Assembly: GCA_913052165.1 (NCBI GenBank)
Contig: CAJXEC010000002.1
Coordinates: 133 to 64,132 of the forward strand
DNA length: 64,000 nucleotides
Origin: an uncultured Rhodospirillaceae bacterium
GTDB lineage: Bacteria > Pseudomonadota > Alphaproteobacteria > MPNO01 > UBA2964
Reading direction: 5' to 3'
Every line of letters begins with the position of its first letter. The first letter of the stretch is position 1. Below are positions 59,431 to 64,000 of this stretch, piece after piece. The position numbers were made by a program, and so were the translations under genes. The notes beneath the pieces were generated by a model. The model was given only the letters and a program-made list of their open reading frames with translations. It made no database searches and was not told where the DNA came from.

Positions 59431-60129
59431 ATGGCAGAATACTCTGAAGTTCAAGTAGACCAAGTTCCTATGAGGATCGCTTATGCGTTTCCGGGGGGAG
59501 CGGGACCTCATCCTGGAGTGGTTGTGATGTTCCATCGCGGCGGTTTTGACGAGTTCACAATCAAAGTCCTCGACGATCTTGCATCGGCAGGGTTTGCCGC
59601 AGCTGCACCAGATGTATATCATTGGCCTCCAGCTGAAGAGCCTCCAGAAAAGAACCCTTTTCCGGTAGATCCAGAAATTATTAAAGATATTAGTGCAACG
59701 CTTGAATGGATGCAGGGTTCATGCACAGTGGATATGGATCGGTTAGGTATCACCGGACATTGCATGGGGGGTCGTATGGCATTTCTCGGGGCGAGCACTC
59801 ACCCACAATTCAAAGCATGCGTTCCCTATTATTCTGGAAATATGTTTAAACCTTGGGGGGATGATAGTGCGCCTACTCCATTTGATCGCCTCGTCGATTT
59901 AAAAGCAGAGGTTTTGGCATTCTTTGGAAATGACGATGTTAATCCGTCTCCTGAAGATGTCGATAAAATTGGAGCTGAACTAGATAGACTTGCTATAAAA
60001 CATGTGTTTCATCGTTATGATGGTGCGGGTCATGCTTTCCAAAATTTTCTTGCCCCGGAGAGATTTAGTGAAGCAGCGAGAGATGATAGCTGGGCTAAGA
60101 CGGAGTCTTTTTTGAAGGGCATTCTCTAA
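59431..60129 (+). CDS. dienelactone hydrolase-family protein
   Basis: About 232 aa with the nucleophile elbow GHCMGG and C-terminal GAGHAF. I prefer ATG 59431 (GAAGG upstream). Confidence 0.8.
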   Translation: MAEYSEVQVDQVPMRIAYAFPGGAGPHPGVVVMFHRGGFDEFTIKVLDDLASAGFAAAAPDVYHWPPAEEPPEKNPFPVDPEIIKDISATLEWMQGSCTVDMDRLGITGHCMGGRMAFLGASTHPQFKACVPYYSGNMFKPWGDDSAPTPFDRLVDLKAEVLAFFGNDDVNPSPEDVDKIGAELDRLAIKHVFHRYDGAGHAFQNFLAPERFSEAARDDSWAKTESFLKGIL

Positions 60130-60231
60130 TTTTAATAGACCATTGGATGTTGAGTCGGGTCTGATTTGTGTCCAGAGGCGCTATTCAAGCAAAAATTAGT
60201 TTTCCACTGTCGGCGATTTAAGGAGGGTGCA

Positions 60232-60948
60232 TTGGAAGATCGTGTTCAGGAGGCGATGCTCAACTTAGTTATTGCCAACCGTATTCTAGATCAAGAAAAC
60301 ATTTGTGATGCATTCGGACACGTAAGTGTTAGGCATCCGCTTGATCAAGAGAAATATATTATGGCTAGGTCGAGAGCGCCGGGTGTTATCGAAATTGATG
60401 ACCTGATGGAATTTCATTTAGATGGTCGTCCGGTCGATCTAAGGGATAGAACTGTTTACGCAGAACGCCACATTCATGGGGGTGTCTATGAAGCTCGCCC
60501 CGATGTCACATCGGTTGTGCACAGTCATTCTCACTCTGTGATTCCTTTCGGGGTAACAGATGTTAAACTCCAGCCTGTTTTCCACATGGGGGCAACCGTT
60601 GGTCATGAAGTTCCAGTTTGGGATATTCGCGATAATTTTGGTGATACTTCTTTATTGGTGAGCAACATGGATCAGGGTCGAGACTTGGCTTTTTTTTTGG
60701 GTGACCGACGAGCCTCTCTAATGAGAGGCCACGGCGCCGTTGTTGTAGGCAAAACCATAAAAGAGGCAGTGCTAATAGCGGTTTTTCTTGAGCATAATGC
60801 GAGGATTACGATGCAATGTTTGCAGCTTGGAACCCCAAACTTTTTATCCGCTGGAGAAGTATCCTTGTGCAAGGATCAATTTGTTGGTGATTTAGCAATT
60901 GACAGGGCTTGGGACTATTGGTCTTTGAGAGCCGGATTTAAATCTTAA
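60232..60948 (+). CDS. class II aldolase/adducin-domain protein (paralogue of 47279..48058)
   Basis: HGGVYEARPDVTSVVHSHSH metal-site pattern and RGHGAVVVG. TTG 60232 lies 5 nt after an AGGAGG RBS, so the ORF-track start 60166 is probably too long. Confidence 0.8.
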   Translation: MEDRVQEAMLNLVIANRILDQENICDAFGHVSVRHPLDQEKYIMARSRAPGVIEIDDLMEFHLDGRPVDLRDRTVYAERHIHGGVYEARPDVTSVVHSHSHSVIPFGVTDVKLQPVFHMGATVGHEVPVWDIRDNFGDTSLLVSNMDQGRDLAFFLGDRRASLMRGHGAVVVGKTIKEAVLIAVFLEHNARITMQCLQLGTPNFLSAGEVSLCKDQFVGDLAIDRAWDYWSLRAGFKS

Positions 60949-60956
60949 AAAATTCC

Positions 60957-62099
60957 ATGGAGAAGGGACCTCAAGAGCTTTATAAGGCGCGTCTCGTGGC
61001 AGGCGAAATCCAGGAGGATGCCCACCAGAAGATTGTTATCGATAGATTAGAACTTCTTCATCAGGAGTTATCTGTAAAAAAAGTTAGCCCAGGCGTCTCT
61101 CTCTTTAAAAAGTTACTTTTCCTCGCCGAAGAGAATAAAAAGTATCCTCGGTGTTTATATATCTATGGACCGCCTGGCAGGGGAAAATCCATGCTAATGG
61201 ATTTATTTTTTGAGACAGCTCCTGTGTGGCCCCGGAAAAGAGTGCATGTACATCCGTTCATGCAGGCTATTCACGAGAGGCTCCACCTGCTTCGGACGGG
61301 TAATGATTCGGGGGATATTTCAGATCCGCTTGGCCGTCTGGCTAGGGTGATAGCCGAAGAGAGCTCTCTAATCTGTTTTGATGAGTTTCAGGTTGAGGCG
61401 ATTGCCGATGCCATGATTGTCCGGCGACTTTTTGAAAAAATATTGAGTTATGGCGTAACCGTTGTTGCAACATCCAACACCGCTCCACAACATTTGTATC
61501 AAGGCGGATTGCAGCGTGAGCGTTTCGTTCCCTTCATCGATCTTATCTTTGAGAAATTTGATATTCTCGAGTTGGGGAGGGGCAATGATTATCGGCGGGA
61601 TAGGCTAAAATCTGTCGGAGTCTGGCACTATCCTCTCGATGAATCCTCGAGAGGAAAGCTTGAAGCAGCGTTTGATCAATTGACCAATGGTCAAACGGGT
61701 GTGCCAACATCTTTGACGGTGCAAGGCAGGTCCCTTCAAATACAGAGACAGGCGGCTGGGGTCGCTTTTTTTACTTTTGAAGAGTTGTGTAATCGGCCTT
61801 TGGGGCCCTCTGACTATGGTGCCATAGCCTGCAGTTTCCAGACTATTCTTATTTCTGATATCCCAGTATTAACGGCGAGTGACCGAAATGCTGCCAAGCG
61901 TTTTGCGACACTTATCGAGACACTTTATGAACAAAAAACTAAAATTGTTTGTTCTGCGGCGGCCTTACCAGATGAGCTTTACCGAGAAGGTGATGGTGCG
62001 GCTTTGTTTGGAAGGGTCGCCTCTCGTTTAGAAGAGATGCAGGCGGAGGATTATTTGGCAGAGGCTCATCGACCGGCAACTTCAAAGACAGCGGCCTGA
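60957..62099 (+). CDS. zapE: AFG1-like ATPase / cell division protein ZapE
   Basis: 380 aa with Walker A YIYGPPGRGKSMLMD, Walker B LICFDEFQV and a family-typical N-terminus (LYKARLVAGEIQEDAHQ). Confidence 0.85.
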   Translation: MEKGPQELYKARLVAGEIQEDAHQKIVIDRLELLHQELSVKKVSPGVSLFKKLLFLAEENKKYPRCLYIYGPPGRGKSMLMDLFFETAPVWPRKRVHVHPFMQAIHERLHLLRTGNDSGDISDPLGRLARVIAEESSLICFDEFQVEAIADAMIVRRLFEKILSYGVTVVATSNTAPQHLYQGGLQRERFVPFIDLIFEKFDILELGRGNDYRRDRLKSVGVWHYPLDESSRGKLEAAFDQLTNGQTGVPTSLTVQGRSLQIQRQAAGVAFFTFEELCNRPLGPSDYGAIACSFQTILISDIPVLTASDRNAAKRFATLIETLYEQKTKIVCSAAALPDELYREGDGAALFGRVASRLEEMQAEDYLAEAHRPATSKTAA

Positions 62100-62100
62100 G

Positions 62101-62973
62101 TCAAATTCCTGGCTCAGTCCACGTCTTCGTCAGGATAGAGTCGCGTCTTGGTGGTAAAAAAATTGCGGCCTCCCGGGCTATTTCTGCCGCCTCTTGGTCG
62201 TTTAATTCTGCGTTCCATTTAGCCCCTACATATCGGCATCCTGTTATTCCATCCGAGGCACCCGACGCGAGCCACACTGCGGCTGGGACAATCACTTCCG
62301 GGTTAAAAAATTTTTTCGTGACCTCCTTTTTTTTAATTTTCTCTCGCACTGCAGGGAGAACAAACCCGGTATCAACACTCCCGCCCGGGGCCAGGGTGTT
62401 TACGGTAACACCCGTTCCAGATAAGTCCTGTGCCCACGAGAGTGTCATTGCCTCAAGGGCTGCCTTAGATGCGCCGTAGGGACTGTTTTTGGGCCGGTGC
62501 ATCGAGTCGCGGGATTTTGAAATATTAATAATTCTTCCCCAACCAGCAGTTATCATCAATTTGACTACTGCACGTGTCATAAAAAAAGGGCCATTGACAT
62601 TTGTTTCTATAATTTCTTCCCAACCTGACAGTTTTGCTTGCCAAAACGGGACATGATCATCTGCGACAAAATTTTGTCCTTTCCCGGCGTTGTTTATCAA
62701 GATGTCGACTGGTCCTAGAGCCCTACAAGCTTGGTTCACTGCCTTTAAACATGCGTCAGGACTCGTGACATCCGCGACCACAGGTAAAACTTTGGTTTTT
62801 GTGCCGAGCGATCTTATTTCCCTCTCGACTTGTTTTAGTTGATCGACAGAACTGGACCCGGTGATGCAAATGCCTGAGGCGCCAGCTTTTGCAAGCCCTA
62901 CAGCCATTGCCTTTCCTAAACCTCTGCCTCCGCCGGTAATGATTGCGATTTTGTTTTTGAGAGGCTTTGTCAT
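62101..62973 (-). CDS. short-chain dehydrogenase/reductase (SDR), paralogue of 38661..39533
   Basis: 290 aa with TGGGRGLG, NNAG and S...YGASK. Convergent with zapE with a 1-nt gap. Confidence 0.88.
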   Translation of the reverse strand: MTKPLKNKIAIITGGGRGLGKAMAVGLAKAGASGICITGSSSVDQLKQVEREIRSLGTKTKVLPVVADVTSPDACLKAVNQACRALGPVDILINNAGKGQNFVADDHVPFWQAKLSGWEEIIETNVNGPFFMTRAVVKLMITAGWGRIINISKSRDSMHRPKNSPYGASKAALEAMTLSWAQDLSGTGVTVNTLAPGGSVDTGFVLPAVREKIKKKEVTKKFFNPEVIVPAAVWLASGASDGITGCRYVGAKWNAELNDQEAAEIAREAAIFLPPRRDSILTKTWTEPGI

Positions 62974-63060
62974 ATTGTCAAATCATCTTTAGTCTTCAGC
63001 AAGTGGCAAATGTTCTCGGCTCTGAGAGATAGCCTATAATGAAATTAATGGTTCTTTAAT

Positions 63061-63621
63061 ATGTCAATAGATTACCCTGAAAACAGATTTTGGGAATATT
63101 CTCTGAAAATTTATGGTGGTGAAGGCGTCTCAAGGGCATTTATCAACATCCAAGATAGACATGAAATGGACGTCAATTTGCTATTGTTGAGCATTTGGGT
63201 TGGAGGGACTGGGCGCGGGACACTCTCGTTACCCCAGTTCTCCCAGCTAATAGAAGTTTCCCAGTTATGGAATAGAGAGATCGTTTGCAAGCTTCGAGCG
63301 GTTCGGGATCGGTTGAAGGATCCTTTTCAAGGATTTTCTGAGCCGCATACTGAAGAAATGAGAAAATCGGTTCTGGGACTCGAAATAGAGTGTGAACGTA
63401 TCGAACACTTAGCGCTATCGTCTGTGCTTGGAGATATTGCACTTGGTCCCGACCAACCTGATAGAGGAAGTTTGAAGCAAGTAATTACGAATATATCAAA
63501 TTATTTTACCACAAAAAATTGCATTGTGAATGAGTCGGATCTCGAGGATTTTTTAGTGATTTTAGCGGCCGCCTATCCCCTGGCGACCCGTCATGAAATC
63601 AGGGAAGAATTTTTGAGCTAA
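63061..63621 (+). CDS. conserved hypothetical protein (TIGR02444/DUF2390-like)
   Basis: 186 aa. The N-terminal pattern FWEYSLKIYGGEGVSRAFINIQDRHEMDVNLLLLSIWVG resembles that family as I remember it. Function unknown. Confidence 0.5.
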   Translation: MSIDYPENRFWEYSLKIYGGEGVSRAFINIQDRHEMDVNLLLLSIWVGGTGRGTLSLPQFSQLIEVSQLWNREIVCKLRAVRDRLKDPFQGFSEPHTEEMRKSVLGLEIECERIEHLALSSVLGDIALGPDQPDRGSLKQVITNISNYFTTKNCIVNESDLEDFLVILAAAYPLATRHEIREEFLS

Positions 63622-63743
63622 CTGGCGCATGTCACAACACCATTAAATAAATAATGACCGGATTAATTGAGATCAAGGCGCGATAATTGTGATCCTGGCC
63701 ATTCCATGATGACCTTTAACCAATATGGCATTATATAAAGGCC

Positions 63744-64000
63744 ATGAATGTAGAAAAACTCTCCAACGGACCTGGGCAATCAGATGGGCTTTTATCGGCA
63801 GACCGAGCAACCTTCGAAATGCGTCGCGGCCGTTTATTGTGTTTGACTTCGAAAAAAGACCCGCCGCTTTTGGTTGTCCCTACTGAGACCGTAACAGAAC
63901 GTGCCCTCTCTTTAATGCAGAAAATTTCTGGGAGAGACCCTGACCTTGCAATTACTCATCACCGTGCAAGAACACTGAAGGTTCGCCTTTACACCGATCA
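63744..64000 (+). CDS. N-terminal fragment of a GTP cyclohydrolase II (RibA)-like protein; the 3' end lies outside the window
   Basis: MNVEKLS...ADRATFEMRRGRLLCL...LAITHHRARTLKV resembles the N-terminal domain of alphaproteobacterial RibA-like proteins. Truncated by the window edge. Confidence 0.4.
   Translation, partial: MNVEKLSNGPGQSDGLLSADRATFEMRRGRLLCLTSKKDPPLLVVPTETVTERALSLMQKISGRDPDLAITHHRARTLKVRLYTD

Overview
This 64-kb chromosomal window probably comes from a free-living alphaproteobacterium. That guess rests only on gene order (ilvH-ilvC-leuA-mreBCD-mrdA-rodA) and the general look of the proteins. No database search was possible, so every family call rests on motifs I recognise in the supplied translations. 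Both ends are housekeeping: ilvH'/ilvC/leuA and mreBCD-mrdA-rodA at 1-8.5 kb, and leuCD, yciB, zapE and a ribA-like fragment at 56.4-64 kb.

The centre (about 8.6-56.3 kb) is a dense, paralogue-rich catabolic region with four recognisable parts:
- An aromatic/organosulfur-type oxygenase set: TauD-like dioxygenase, two NtaA/DszA-type flavin monooxygenases, Rieske alpha/beta, a LigAB-type extradiol dioxygenase, maleylacetate reductase, a PrpD-family protein and a cupin.
- A complete oxalate-to-formate module. oxc-frc sits divergent from fhs, a two-subunit NAD-type formate dehydrogenase and a tupBCA tungstate transporter.
- Three xanthine-dehydrogenase-family molybdoenzymes. Two are orphan large subunits. 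The third is a fused FeS-Mo subunit with an FAD subunit, an SDR and a PCu(A)C copper chaperone.
- A hydroxycinnamate-type CoA module (PaaI thioesterase, FerA-like ADP-forming CoA ligase, HCHL-type hydratase/lyase), plus acuI flanked by acyl-CoA dehydrogenase paralogues.

The most interesting item is a gene the ORF track missed. It is a 148-codon BCP/PrxQ-type peroxiredoxin (18825..19271, minus strand) whose only interruption is a TGA exactly at the peroxidatic-Cys position. A SECIS-like hairpin follows the TGA, so this is a candidate selenoprotein. It appears co-transcribed with the LigAB-type dioxygenase.

Two decayed genes are present: an LLM oxidoreductase and an acyl-CoA dehydrogenase. I saw no rRNA, tRNA, CRISPR array, transposase, integrase or recognisable transcription factor.
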